64,000 bases of DNA from Octopus vulgaris (Eukaryota), in NCBI GenBank assembly GCA_951406725.2, contig OX597817.1:35526001-35590000 (forward strand), written 5' to 3'. The position numbers and the translations under genes were made by a program. The stretch's first letter is position 1. Each line of letters begins with the position of its first letter. Below are positions 1 through 16,452 of this stretch, piece after piece. The notes under the pieces were generated by a model that worked only from the letters and a program-made list of their open reading frames with translations, was not told the origin of the DNA and did not search any database.

Positions 1-326
1 TGCCTAGAAAACTACAACGTTATAGAAATATCGACGACAGTTCAAAACCAACCTTACCTTAAGAGAGAAAAGCCTTCTTCCCAGGGAGACAGCCTAGAGT
101 AAAGAACAGTAAAGAACAGTCGTCGCGGGTTATACTCCATAGGGAGCGAAGAGCTTAAGCTAAGTTGCAGAAAATAATTTTTCTGGTAATCCAATAATTT
201 GAGGTGGTACTTTATGTGGCAATGCGCTGCTGAAGTATTGAGGATTCCGCACTCTTCTCCAGTTTAAATGTAAAAAAAAATATAAATAAGATTATCTTCC
301 TATTTCTTTGAATGTCAGTTCATCTA

Positions 327-393
<67 letters not shown>

Positions 394-1744
394 CTTCCCG
401 ACAAAATAGTCAAAAACTAACAGTTCCTGTTAAATGTTTAAGATGAGATATTATTAAGAGTATAGGTATCTGAACTATTCCTTACATATACTATTTACAT
501 ATGAATTCGAACTTAGTTTGATTCCTCATAACCGAACTCACCTGTCTATAGTGCTTAATGTTAAAGCAGGAGTCAGAAGAAGGCAGATCGACAGGAGAAA
601 GAAAGGCCAACAGTTCCTACTTTGTTACCAGAATAAGTAATGCGAGTTGATGGAACCTATTAAAATAAGCCATGAGTAATCTAGAGATCTAGGGATTTCC
701 TTGTTTACAATGCTAATTTCCAGGTTGATTGATCTACATAAAACAAAAACGCACAGTTCATCAAGTGTTAAACGAATTGCTCCAGTAGTGTAGCTGGTAG
801 TGGGGAACGATTCACCCTGAGCGGCGGTCCGTCTCAATCGATGCTTTTATGAGGCCCGCACTTTCGGGGCTGTTGTGCAAACCTGTATAGGCTCAGGGAC
901 CCGAGGGTCCGATGGCGGCAAACTCAAGGGCTGTCGCGGGCAGCATACACTCTAATCACACCACTACATCGCTCACAAGTATACTACAATAAATCTTACA
1001 CAACTGTGAAAAATTACAGCACGACAATGGTAAAATGACTAATAGATTCATTCATCCAAGAGTAATTTCCAGCGTCACTAAATGAATGCAAATTAATCAC
1101 TCCTAACTCAAAATATCTGTATTTGATCCGGTTAACATTTGACACTCGACTCCATTTCACAATCTGGCACTAAACATTTACAAAGTCATAATAATTTCGA
1201 AACGTTTTCCTTTCGTTGTTGGCGAAATTTGCAGCAGGAAGTCGAAAAACTTTAAATGTTTTTCACTAAAAGGTCAACTGAAAATTCATTATAGCAAATA
1301 TTGATTTGTTTTGAGCCAACGGTTTTCGCTAAATTGCTAAGAATACATAATCATTCGAATCCACGCTACTGTTTCTAATAATGAAAGACTAAGTCGATTC
1401 GAGTTTTATTTGAATCTAAGATAATAAAGTGTCATATTAGATACATTAAAACCTATAGTTCGGTGTCCGATTGTATCTTCAATTTCCTACATTTAAAGTG
1501 TAGAATAAATAAGCATAGAAAATCTATTCTTTTATATCTCTACTCCTTTTTTGTTTTAACTATCCTTATTCCATTAGCCACTCTGTAATTTTGGAAAATA
1601 AGCAGTAGCATATTTAAAATAAAAAGTAAGAAATTATCCTGAGAAAATGGTTCGCAACAGATGGCATCATTGACAAGAAATATTGCTTTTAAATTTTGGC
1701 ACAAGGTCAACAATTTCTGGCAGTTGGGAAAGTCGATTACATTA

Positions 1745-1875
1745 ACCCCAGTTCTCAATTAGTACTTATTTTATCGACTCCGAAAAGATGAAAGGTAAAA
1801 TCGACCTTGGTGGAATTTGGATTCAGAACTTGAAATCGGAAGAAAAGACCGCTAGGCATTTTGTCCGACCCGGTA
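1745..1875 (-). mobile_element. SINE family B, degenerate partial copy
   Basis: Contains the family core agtacttattttatcgactccgaaaagatgaaaggtaaaatcgaccttggtggaatttg, which matches the B copies at 17886 and 31153. Confidence 0.75.
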
Positions 1876-1884
1876 AAAATTCTA

Positions 1885-2010
1885 CTGCTTACCAACCACA
1901 TGGTTCCGGGTTCAGTCCCACTGCGTGGCACCTTGGGCAAGTGTCTTCTACTATAGCCTCGGGCCGACCAAAGCCTTGTAAGTGGATTTGGTAGACGGAA
2001 ACTGAAGGAA
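1885..2010 (+). mobile_element. SINE family A, 5' half
   Basis: gcttaccaaccacatggttccgggttcagtcccactgcgtggcaccttgggcaagtgtc... is near-identical to the copy starting at 24995. Confidence 0.85.
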
Positions 2011-2547
2011 CCCCTTAAGAAATACAAAATATTCCAAAAGAATTACAATAACTTAACATGAATAAGCTTATAATGATTCAGGTTATTTATCTCATCTTCA
2101 CAGATGAAACGTCATATCATATTTACACCTATATTGTGTTCTTCCTAAATAAAAGAAACCAACAAAGGTAGTGGATCGATAAAATTGTTAGAACTTCGGA
2201 AAAAGTCCTTGAGATATTTGTGTTCTGAGTTCAAATCCCATCGAGGTGAACTTTTCATCCTATCAGGCTCAATAAAATAAAGTACCAATTATATACAAGA
2301 GCTGATAAACAATTAACTCCCCCAACAATATGTAGCCTTATGCCAATATTATACACCAATATTTATAGGTATCCTTAGAAGTCTGTTTGATCCCCAATCG
2401 TCCTTAAGCGTCTTTTATCCCTAGAAGTGTACATAGTAACGGACTGGATCTGAACCAGGAACTTTTACTTCCAAATTAAGAGTACAAACACTTATATACT
2501 ACAATGTTTGTTGAAAGTTCAAATCAATAATTCCACTAATTATTTCT

Positions 2548-2623
2548 GTTTCAATTGTTGTCGAAGATCATTTGCTTATAATTCAGTTTCAATTGTTGTC
2601 GAAGATCATTTGCTTATAATTCA
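2548..2623. repeat. 38-bp perfect tandem duplication
   Basis: gtttcaattgttgtcgaagatcatttgcttataattca occurs twice in tandem. Confidence 0.9.
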
Positions 2624-3185
2624 TTTTCATTGCTGCTCATTAAAACATGTAACATCATACTCAAATTTTCGGTTATTGCCTCTTCAACTATCTTCCTATA
2701 AACAACGTATTCACAACAGCAACAGAAATACAAATTGGAAAATGGAATAAGCGATGAGATAAGCTTGGATATAGCGTGTTTATTGACCTAAAATATGAAG
2801 GCAGAATTTAATCAATTGCAGTCGATTGAGTATCCTATAAATGTTAGTGGGTGTAATCAATTACTAAAACAGGCCATATACTGAATATTCAAGCTGACGG
2901 CTGTTGTATTGCTCACTTGGTGAAACAAATATTATTTATTTATTTTAATCTCATATCATAATCAATGAATAATAGCATCGTTGGTTACAGATTTATAACG
3001 GACCACTCCCTGACTCACTCATTAACTGACAACGAGAGTAACAAGAGAGTGTGTGTAACTCGGTGCAGAGCAAATATTACCAAGAACTTCATTCGAAGAG
3101 CAACGATTTTGCGATTTTCTCGACGATGGTTGCATTCTTGGCTGATATATATCTGCGAAAGCTATGCATACATATATGCTTACAT

Positions 3186-3349
3186 TGGATGTGTGGTGAG
3201 TAGCTTGCTTACCAACCACATGGTTCCGGGTTCAGTCCCACTGCGTGGCACCTTGGCAAGTGTCTTCTACTATAGCCTCGGGCCGACCAAAGCCTTGTGA
3301 GTGGATTTGGTAGACGGAAACTGAAGGAAGCCCGACGAATATATGTATG

Positions 3350-3397
<48 letters not shown>

Positions 3398-3644
3398 TAT
3401 GTATGTATGTATGTGTGTATATATGCTTGTGTGCTTGTGTTTGTCCCCACAACATTGCTTGACAACCGATGCTGGTGTGTTTACGTCCCCGTAACTTAGC
3501 GTTTCGGCAAAAGAGATCGATAGAATAAGTACTAGACTTACAAAGAATAAGCCCTGGGGTCGATTTGCTCGACTAAATGCCGTGCTCCAGCATCGCCACT
3601 GTCAAATGACTGAAATAAGTCAAAGAGTAAAAGAGTAAAAAGAG
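3186..3644 (+). mobile_element. SINE family A with internal (TA)n
   Basis: tRNA-like head, CORE-like segment, internal microsatellite, conserved 3' half ending in (aaagagt)n. Confidence 0.9.
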
Positions 3645-4989
3645 TATGTATGTATGTATGTATGTATGTATGTATGTATGTATGTATGTATGTATGTATG
3701 CATGTATGTATGCATGTCTGTATGCATGCATGTATGTATGTATGTATGTATGTATGTATGTATGTATGTATGCATGTAGGTAGGTAGGTATGAAATCTTG
3801 GGAATGACTTTAAACTTCATCCGTTAGTGGGGCCCTGGTAGAAGGTTCCAGAGTTTTGAAGAGTGTGAAACTATCTTTTAGCCAGTATTGTTCTTAGATC
3901 CATTCTGATCTGGAGTAATAGCACCTGTTAGGGTCCCAGTTATGGACTAACTAGCGTTTGAACCACTGAGAAGGAAGAATTTGTTGTTCTCGTTCGAACT
4001 TCATTCTAGGAGAAGGTAAACCCGTATTAAAAAAACCCTGAAGTGTAGTTGATTGTTAGTCGTCACAGTGGTTTTATAGGTGATTGCGCTAAAAAAAATG
4101 GGCTCAGAGCAGTGCAACACTTTGTCAGCGAAAAACAAATTCACGTCCAGGAACGTCTTGGACTCTGAACGTTTGTACGGAATTATTAAGTTTAAGTATT
4201 GACTTCCATCATGTATGTATGTATGTATGTATGTATGTATGTATGTATGTATGTATGTATGTATGTATGTATGTATGCATGCATGCATGCATGCATGCAT
4301 GTATGTATGTATGTATGTATGTATGTATGTATGTATGTATGTATGTATGTGTGTATGTATGTATGTATGTATGTGTGTATGTATGTGTGTATGTATGTAT
4401 GTATGTGTGTGTGTATGTATGTACGTACGTATGTATGTATGTATGTATGTATGATTTTTCTTTAAGTTTTATTCAAGTCCTTCTTGAGAGAGTTCAAGCT
4501 AGTTGCTAACAAAGCGACAAGACTTTTTGAGTTAAGAATGTTCTCGATGTTTGTAAATATGTGGTTGTATTGTTACGTTAGTTTAACTGTCAATGCATTA
4601 ACACAAGTGTGTGAATCTATTCCATAAGAATCTCAGATGGAAAATTTTTGGAATGTCTTGCAAATCTCCACTGTGCCACTCATAGGTTGGGTTTGGAGAA
4701 AGCGTGTCCGTTTCTTTTGTTTTTTCTCATAATCGACTTCTTGTGTATCACTCTAAAGCTTCATCGGTGCCTCAAAAATGAAATGTAATTTTATTAGGGA
4801 GAGCACACTGGGACTCCACCCTGTGAAAGTGTAGATAGACCAGCATGTAGATTTTTGGATCTAGACCCACAAAATAAGCTTATATAGATTTGGTTAACTC
4901 TAATTTTTCAAGGTTTAATACTACTACAAATACTATTAGTAATAACACAACCTACACTTCTAACGGCGCTCTACGAGAAAAGAAAATAG

Positions 4990-6133
4990 AAATACGGAAG
5001 TTACCTGGTATAATCCTCCATATAATCTCCAGGTTAAAATTTATCTACTTGAAATTTTTTCTCTCTCCTTAAAGCTACGTTTCTTCCGCAACACAAATAT
5101 TACCAAATATTCAATAAATATACCGTTAAGCTATCGTACCCTACCACCTCCAGTCTTGCTGACACCATTGCTGGAAATAATAAATTTAAACTAAAAAAAT
5201 ACAAAAGTTGTACATTCTCCAATACCTAATGGTCAATCTCTAACTTCCCTCAGTACCGTACGTCCCCAATCGCTCATCTATCCCTGCAAACTGACCATCA
5301 TTCAACCCAACTGACCGCTCAAACTACAATCATTCTTTGACATCTCCTACAAGTATTTCTTCAGTTTACTCCAAACGAATATCAAACACTAATATATCTA
5401 ACATTACTACTTAAGGAGCCTCCGTCACCAAAACTTGTAATTCTAAAAATACATTCAAATGCTTTCGAAAAGAAAGTATCTCGCTAAAAAATCATTTTGC
5501 AGATGTCAAGTGATTACCAATAATTTTAAGAAACGCTTCTACAGACATATTCACTCGTTCAAAACTCTAAATTGGCTCACTCTATTTCACTAGTTGAATA
5601 CATCTAGCAACTTAAAAACCAAAACACCCAATACACATTACAATGAAACATAATGAAATTTGCAGCGCCATACACGGGAAAACGAAAGGCATGCCGAATG
5701 TGTAGTCAGAAAGTAACTCAAATCATTAGAAAAGTATTCTTCAGATCTATATGCTACATTTGATCCCGACATTTAACCTACCTACTTCTCGCCATAACTA
5801 ACTGGTAATTTGTGTTTCTCCTATCCGAACTGCCACTACCCTCTTCTTTGTTCTGATGGCCATATTCTCTCACGCGTATCTATCTATCTATCTATAGATC
5901 ACTTATTACCTCCCCTTATCTAGAACTCTTTTGAACATAAACATAACGATAACTCTTCTCAACATAAACATAACGACGTAAGAAATTTGAAAAGCTAAAC
6001 GCGAAACCGGTCTTTCTTCTAAACTATGTCATTGTAAGAAAAAAATTTATAATATTCTTCAGACATATTGACTCAAATATATATTTTTTAACCTTTTAAA
6101 ACAAGCCTTCTGTAGTTTTTTCCCTTTTTACTA

Positions 6134-6140
<7 letters not shown>
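4990..6140 (+). mobile_element. Penelope-like element 3' remnant (linker, GIY-YIG C-terminus, tail)
   Basis: Manual translation gives VTWYNPPYNLQVK, TFLPQHKYYQIFNKYTVKLSY, ITNNFKKRFYRHIHSF and LVEYI*QLK...YTLQ*NI...PYTGKRKACRMC. The tail has a decayed hammerhead-like ...GAAACCGGTC and recurs inverted at about 39140-39410. Confidence 0.85.
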
Positions 6141-6217
<77 letters not shown>

Positions 6218-6469
6218 GTTTTCCTATGTATGTATGTATGGATGTATAGATGTATATTGGTATCGATCTGTGTGAGTGCGTAGATATTTGTATGCACGTA
6301 CGTATGTACTTAAGTACGTATTTATATTACTCGTTTGTATATAGTACACACACACACACACACGCGCACACACACACACATACACGCGCGCGCACACACA
6401 CACACACACATTATACTGTTCCGGGAAGGTAAGATTAACAAAAAGTATTCCATCAGTTGTGAGACAAAT

Positions 6470-7460
6470 ATTGTTTAATGAACACAGTATATATTCTTAT
6501 GAACTAGTAATAGTTCCGTGCAAAACAACTTAGACAGCATTTTATAACATGTCTAGTACCTTCATGCAATCTTCAAGCTATGCTCATATGGCATATACAA
6601 GCTAAAATAGGACGATAGATTAAGATAATATACGAGAAGAAGCTAGACGAAAGCAGATGTAAAAGGTGAAAGGTTGAAAACACCGGAACACAAAAGGAAA
6701 ATTGAAAAAGAAAATGGAAGAATAAAAAAGTGGGTGGGGAGATAATTACAGTTATGTCCACTTTCACTGATAAACCATAATAAGGCTCAATGATTTTTGA
6801 AGTCACCTTCAACAATCGCTATGCTAACCACATATCATCATTCTGACACAGAGACAAAGATAAAGCCCACTAAGTTGGATTACCACATATAGGGTTTGAA
6901 ATCTAACGCCGTACCACATACAATCAACTGGAAAATAGTTGCAGAGTCCACACCATATGGTAATGGATTAAACAAATGCAATATATGCATAGTTGAAAGA
7001 TCGCAGATCCTTTTCAGATCTAAGAACTTCACCGCACTGCTGATTCCAGATCTGAAATTTCCAGCGGAAGTAAACATATGGATAAGTTCCTTTTGGTGAA
7101 CTGAAAAATACCAATTGAGCAGCTGTGTCGCAGACTCGATCTCCTTAACCATTCAGCCTTATTATGGTTTTACGGTAAAAGGGGACATAACTCTAATTCC
7201 CTCTTTTCGTTTCTTTTTCCCCTTTCCTTTCGTTTTCCGGTTTTTCAACCTCCCACCGTTTTCATCTACTTTCTTCTCGCTTTTTCTCGTATTTTCTCTC
7301 AGTCTATCATTCAGTTTTAGCTTGTATATACCATATGGGCATAGCCTGAAGATTGTATGAAGGCACCAGACGTGTTATAAATTGCTTTCTGGGTCGTTTT
7401 CATCGCATGAAACTATTAATGGCTCATAAAAATATATACTGTGTTCATCAAACAAACAAT
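6470..7460 (+). mobile_element. 5'-truncated Penelope-like element with inverted pseudo-LTR
   Basis: 6800-7030 translates to EVTFNNRYANHISSF*HRDKDKA...LKSNAVPHTINWKIVAESTPYGNGLNKCNICIVERSQILF (GIY-YIG C-terminus). 6470-6792 is a diverged reverse complement of 7150-7460. Confidence 0.85.
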
Positions 7461-7474
7461 ATATATACATATAC

Positions 7475-7505
<31 letters not shown>

Positions 7506-7555
7506 TGTATGTATGTATGTATGTATGTATGTATGCATGTATGCATGTATGCATG

Positions 7556-7599
<44 letters not shown>

Positions 7600-8158
7600 T
7601 AAATTAGAGACAAAACCACTATTAGGCAAATCAAACAATGAAAGACTTAAGCCAATACATATGATTAATTTATATTATTTAAATATGTAACAAAATTAAA
7701 AAATATAATTAATATCCCACATATATTTACAAATTGAGACAGGGGTTGTAAATGCAACCCTCCATGGGATAACATATATCCAATATACTGCTAGTGAAGT
7801 ACCCAACAAAGTTAATACATAAATGTTAAGGATTGCGATGCAATCAATTCATTTACTGTATTATATGGGCAAAGGTAAAATGATTTACCACGGTGGTTTA
7901 ATAAAGTATGTGATTGAGTATTATCTGGTAATTGATGTATGTATGTCTATATCTATATTGCAATAATTATAGTGATTCAGAATGCGGTTAGGCGTAACCT
8001 GGAACATAACAGAGCTAGTACGGTATCCGGTCGTATAATATATCGCGGTAAACTTACATGTATTTATATATATCTGACTACATATATGTGTGTATATCTG
8101 TATACATGTGTATGCGCGTGCGTATGTGTGTGTAAGTGTATGTCTGTATGTCTGTATG

Positions 8159-8236
<78 letters not shown>

Positions 8237-8289
8237 TATCTTTACATATATATAAACATATATATATATATTATAATATATTATTATTA

Positions 8290-8519
8290 ATATCAAGAAA
8301 TCAATATTAGAAAATTCTTCAGAAAGATATATACGTGTGAAACGATCGTAAAATGCTTTAAATACTTAATTCAAAACTTTTAAACTGTCATATACATTAT
8401 ATATTTATACTTATACATACTTTCATATATTTTTTATATATTTATATTTTTAATACAACAATTATTTTACACATGTATATATCTTTCTGAAGAATTTTCT
8501 CATGTTGATTTCCTGATAT
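8290..8519. repeat. Inverted repeat with ~55-bp arms between (TA)n tracts
   Basis: atcaagaaatcaatattagaaaattcttcagaaagatatatacgtgtg (8290-8342) matches the reverse complement of 8466-8519. Confidence 0.8.
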
Positions 8520-8528
8520 AAATAATAG

Positions 8529-8599
<71 letters not shown>

Positions 8600-8908
8600 C
8601 GCTCGTATTAAATATATAAATACTTCAATAGTATTAATACTTTGATACAATACAGCACTCAATATAAATTCCGTCTATAATATTCTCATTGAATATATTT
8701 AACTAAATATTTATATATATATATATATATAATAGAAATATTAAAATTACTAAGTCTCTCTAAAAGAGATTACGGCAGCGTTACTGGAAATTAATTGGAT
8801 ACAGTTTGTGTATCAAATAGCTAGCTTAAGGCGATGGCCTCATGGAGCTAATCAGCGACAGCTTTAGTCTTATGTCTATAAGACTGCCATATTAATATGG
8901 TGATAACA

Positions 8909-10273
<1,365 letters not shown>

Positions 10274-10334
10274 AGGGTGGGGAAGTAAAACTTACAATGA
10301 ACGTTAAGTTGTTTTTTCTCAGCAGGCACTAAGT

Positions 10335-10385
<51 letters not shown>

Positions 10386-10399
10386 GTTGGAATTTACAA

Positions 10400-10660
10400 A
10401 AAAAAATCAAAACACGAACACAGGTGCATAAACGACAAACAGGTGTATTAGTTTAACGCACGGGAAGGTGACAAAGTCTTTTACGTTTCGAGCATACGCT
10501 CTTCAACTGAGAAGAATATGAGAAAATAAACAGAGAATATAAAGGAAAGCTTTAGTAACTAGCGGTCAGTCATAGCAGTGGCCAGACAGAGGTGGTCAGA
10601 CAGGAGAGCTGGGAAGAAGAGGAAATAATAAAGTAGTGGTGATCCCAAAACGAAGGTGTG
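10400..10660 (-). mobile_element. PLE-type tail with decayed hammerhead motif
   Basis: The minus strand at 10476-10514 reads cttct CAGTTGA a gagc gtat gctc GAAAC GTA aaag; the downstream sequence resembles 34885-34995. Confidence 0.55.
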
Positions 10661-12157
10661 CGTGCGTGTGTATGTGAGAGCGTGTGTGTGGATAGGGGCT
10701 GGTGACCTTGACGCGTAGGTGGGTGCATGTATAGGTGTGTGGATGACGGTGGGGTTACTTGGAAGTGGTCAGTGCTAGTGTGTGCGGGGTGGTGTGATGT
10801 GGTTTGGTGGTGTGGTGTGATGGTGTAGGGTGGTTGTGTGGTGTGGTGATGTGTGATATGTTGTGTTGTGGTGTGGTGGTGTGTGTTGTGGTGGTGTGTA
10901 TTGTGGTGGTGTGTGTTGCTGTGTGGCATGATGTGGTGTGATGGTGTATATTTCAAGATTAACAAACGGAAAATATGACATAACTATATATATAAATTTA
11001 AAAAACGTGTAGTAAATAAACAAACGAAATTACACTAAATACACAGGCGAACAGAAAACCCAGAAATTCGGCCACTGGGGTCAAACGCAATTTCGGCTAT
11101 TATCGATACTATTGCTTCCACTCTGGTGGCACTGACGAGAAACTTGTCGAGAATCGGACCTAAACATAACAAAACAAAACGGGCTAGAAACGAGACCGTT
11201 AGTGAACGGACGTCGGACAAAACAATACACAGAATAAAGGCTTAGGGCCACACGAAGACAACAATTGATAATGATAATACATACACAACATAAAGCCTTC
11301 CGCCGCCGCTACTGCCGCCGCTCCACCGCTGCCGTCACGGACGCCATAGGATTTAAAACTTTTGCTTGTAGGATTAAAAACAAATGCTTAAAGTTTCGAA
11401 ATAAGTTTTAGCACATTTTTGATGCGATCTATTCTAAATGCGCAGAGAATTCTGTGTTGTAGCTTGACCGTTGTTCTCAATTTAAGTTGGCCATTCGCCT
11501 TCAAATTAGCATCGAGTTACTTTTTTTAATATTTGGGTCAAGCATCCAAATCTGATTCTCTTTAGAACAGAAGAAAAACAAGCTAGTGCTAGTATTGGAA
11601 TTCTATTTTCCTCTCTTGAAATTTTAATTAGGAGTCAGTTATAAGCACCAATATACTTTTAAGTTTAGGGTCAATGTGAAAATCCTTACTTTTGTTCAAT
11701 GATTACAAAAGAGAAGTATTATTATAAGAACAGACTAAATCTAAATTATATTAAAAAGTAGACAGCTTCATTTATTTGGCATGATATTTCATTTTGAAAT
11801 TGGCTCCAGGCCAGAGTCAAAAGTTTCATTCTTTAACAGTGATCAACATCATCTATCTCTCCGATCCATACAGAATCGATCGATTTTTATTTTTGTTGTT
11901 TTGCAGATTTTTCTCATTCAAGTTTCAATATTGTTTTCCATTTTCACGTTGCAGATGAAAACATTCTAGGATAACCCTAATTCGATTTCTACCATTTCAA
12001 CCGCCAGGCGTTGCCTTCCTCCCTCTTCTCTCTTTATCTCTCTCTGTCTCTTTCTCTCTCTCTCTTTATTTCTCTCTCTCTTTCCCTTTCTCTCTCTCTC
12101 TTTATTTCTCTCTCTCTTTCCCTTTCTCTCTCACTCTCTCTCTCTCTCTCTCTCTTT

Positions 12158-12194
<37 letters not shown>

Positions 12195-12306
12195 ATAAAT
12201 TAATAAATAAATAAAACATGCATATATACATACGTATATGTATGTACCTACCTCTACATGTATATATACATGCATATATGGGTACAGGACATATATATAT
12301 GTATAT

Positions 12307-12354
<48 letters not shown>

Positions 12355-12589
12355 TTATGTGTGTGTGTGTGTGTATACACACACGCACACACACGCACGC
12401 ACGCACACACACACACACACACACACACGCATATATATTCCTAGCCCCAATCCTAAAACATTGATAAATAATAGGTTTTATGCTGTGATTGAAGACATGA
12501 CTGAAAAAATAAGTAATGTATTCTTTTATAAAATTAATAGATAACTCGACACCAGTTTACGAAAGTACAAATAATAATCTTGTACTGCT

Positions 12590-13950
<1,361 letters not shown>

Positions 13951-14322
13951 CAACACATGACGATGAATCATAGGAAAAATTGTAAGAGTTGCAGCACGAG
14001 GCATGCGTGATCTGTTAACTGACTTGTATACAACTGTATGAAATCCAAAGTTTTCTGAACAGCAACCAATAAATAAGCTGGCTGAGCTGGTATTTCCCTG
14101 AACGTGAGTCCATTGTCACGTAAAGCCATAGTTTAAGCTCTCTTTTCTGATGACAATTACATAAACCTATATAATATTGATGTATTTTCCTGTAATTGAA
14201 ATGTCAAACGGAAGACGAAATTATAAAACAATATTTCATCACTCATACATCACAATATATCAAATGAAATTATTAACTTTGAATGTGAATACTTGGTTTT
14301 TAATTTTATACAAAAATATCTT

Positions 14323-14629
14323 TTTGTTTGTTCCTTCTCGAGCCACGCCTGGCTCGTAAGGGACGGTTTCCCGGTTTCCTTGGCGTGTAGGTTCCCCAAC
14401 CTGGACGGGACGCCGCTCCGTCGCAGATGAGCTGCAATATGCAGGAGGAAAGAGTGAGAGAAAGTTGTGGCGAAAGAGTCAGCAGAAGTTCGCCATTACC
14501 TTCTGCCGGAGCCGCGTGGAAGTTTAGATATTTCGCTCATAAACACACACATCGCCCGGTCTGAGATTCGAACACGCGATCCTCCGACCACGAGTCCGGT
14601 GTTCTAACCACTAGGCCATGTGCCTCCAC
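14323..14629 (-). mobile_element. SINE family C, full length
   Basis: tRNA-like head (tggcctagtggttag...gttcgaatctc) and a V-domain-like cctgcgacgga...cccgtccagg segment; matches 19963, 32873 and 46071. Confidence 0.9.
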
Positions 14630-15061
14630 ATACAAAAAAAAAAAAAAAATATATATATATACTTAGAACAAATACTAAATTTCCTCCCATTTATTCAGAT
14701 ATTTCACCAAAGCCTTTACTCTCCTTTCCTCCTTTATCTTCTCTTTCTTTCTCTCTGTACACATACGCACGCACACACGTACATACGCACAATCATTCAT
14801 GTACACACGCACATGCACACACGCACACACACACACGCAAATACACACACGCACATATACACACGCACATACACAAACACATGCGCACACACATACACAC
14901 ACACACACACACATGTTAAATACCTTACAACCTAAATTCTTGATTTATTAAAATTATCTGCGCCTCTAGAGGATGTATCATAACCATCAACTCCAGTTGA
15001 GAAGAGGAGATAATTTCAAAAGAAAGAGTCAGGCGCATATAGTCTGGAGATAAGAGGACAG

Positions 15062-15104
15062 TAGTGGACACGTGTTTCCGACTCAATAGCCTTCATCAGT
15101 AAAA
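15062..15104 (-). ncRNA. Hammerhead ribozyme-like motif (minimal type I)
   Basis: CTGATGA a GGC tattga GTC g GAAAC ACGT GTC; core and palindromic stem III present, stem I poor. Confidence 0.5.
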
Positions 15105-15260
15105 CAATTGCCAACCATGTTTCCAGTAGCTAAACAGTAGAAAACAATGACCGAGGTTATTTGCATATTTTCAACTAAAAGGGAAACAACTCTAAGTATG
15201 TATGTATGTATGTGTGTGTGTATGTATGTATGTATGTATGTATGTATGTATGTATGTATG

Positions 15261-15314
<54 letters not shown>

Positions 15315-15897
15315 GATATGTGCATACAGCATATATGAGTACAGGACGTCACCAACAGTAAACAACATGAAATACGAAAACAAATAAGTTAAATACGCAA
15401 GTAACGAGAGAAAAATGGAAAATAAGATAAGTAATACAAAGAATACAGAGAACGAGCATTCATCAGTTGTCGGCTGTCTATCTACTCCCCATCTCGAGCA
15501 ATCAACGAAAATGTGAGTCTTCGAAGATAGTTGCTCCCATAAATACCAAAATAAAATTTTGGATTTATGGAGGGTTAAAGTTTGGAACAAAAACAGGACA
15601 GTGGAGACATACAGGGAAACCGAACGAAAACAAACGTTGTGTATCGTTAGACCTGAACGAGGCGAAAATAGTGAACGCCGAGAGAAATATTTTCTTTGAA
15701 AAGAGAAAAGATAGAAGAGAGGGATAGGGAACGTCCAGTCCTTAGAAAGTCGGTGCTTGAAAGAAAGATGGCAACGTGAGGAAAGGAAAGATGGACGATG
15801 GTCACGTATGAGCAACGAAAGAGATAAAAAGAGAAAGAGGGGATATATATATATATATAGAAAACGGTGAAGGAGAAAAAGGGAATTAGAGAGGATG

Positions 15898-15977
<80 letters not shown>

Positions 15978-16019
15978 CGTGTATGTAGGTATGTATAAAC
16001 CTATGTATATGTATCTTTA

Positions 16020-16230
16020 TATGTGTGGTTGTTCTCCACCTCCACTTGACAACCGACACTGGTTTGTTACGTCTCCTTAACTTAGCGGTTCAGCAAAATA
16101 CATCGACAGAATGAGTACCAGGTTGTAAAAAATAAGCTCTGGGGTTAATTTGTTCGACTAAATCCTTCAAAGTGGTGCCCTAGCACGGCCGCAGTCGTGT
16201 ACTGGAAGCAAGTAGAAAAGTAAGAAAAAA
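16020..16230 (+). mobile_element. SINE family A, degenerate 3' half
   Basis: cttgacaaccgacactggt...cttagcggttcagcaaaa...gagtaccagg...cacggccgcagtc. Confidence 0.75.
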
Positions 16231-16452
16231 AGGCATGTAAACAAGAAATTATTACATACGCGAAACACATAATGAGGACATACAGAAAATGAAAGTTGAT
16301 GAGAGTGAAAAGGAAGTGATAAGATACAAAAGAAAGGAAAGAAATTATAAAGGAAATAGAAATAATCACACTGACTTTGGAAGAAAGAAACAGAAAACAA
16401 AAGATGTGGGGAGTGTGTTCATTTATGTCCATTCATTCATTCATTCATTCAT

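Noticed and set aside
783-975. GC-rich island, possibly a MITE or structured RNA
   Set aside because: Terminal similarity is weak, there is no TSD and no recognisable fold, so I cannot support a call
11130-11205. CTGACGA...GAAACG-agac-CGTTA as a hammerhead
   Set aside because: No stem I pairing and no convincing stem II
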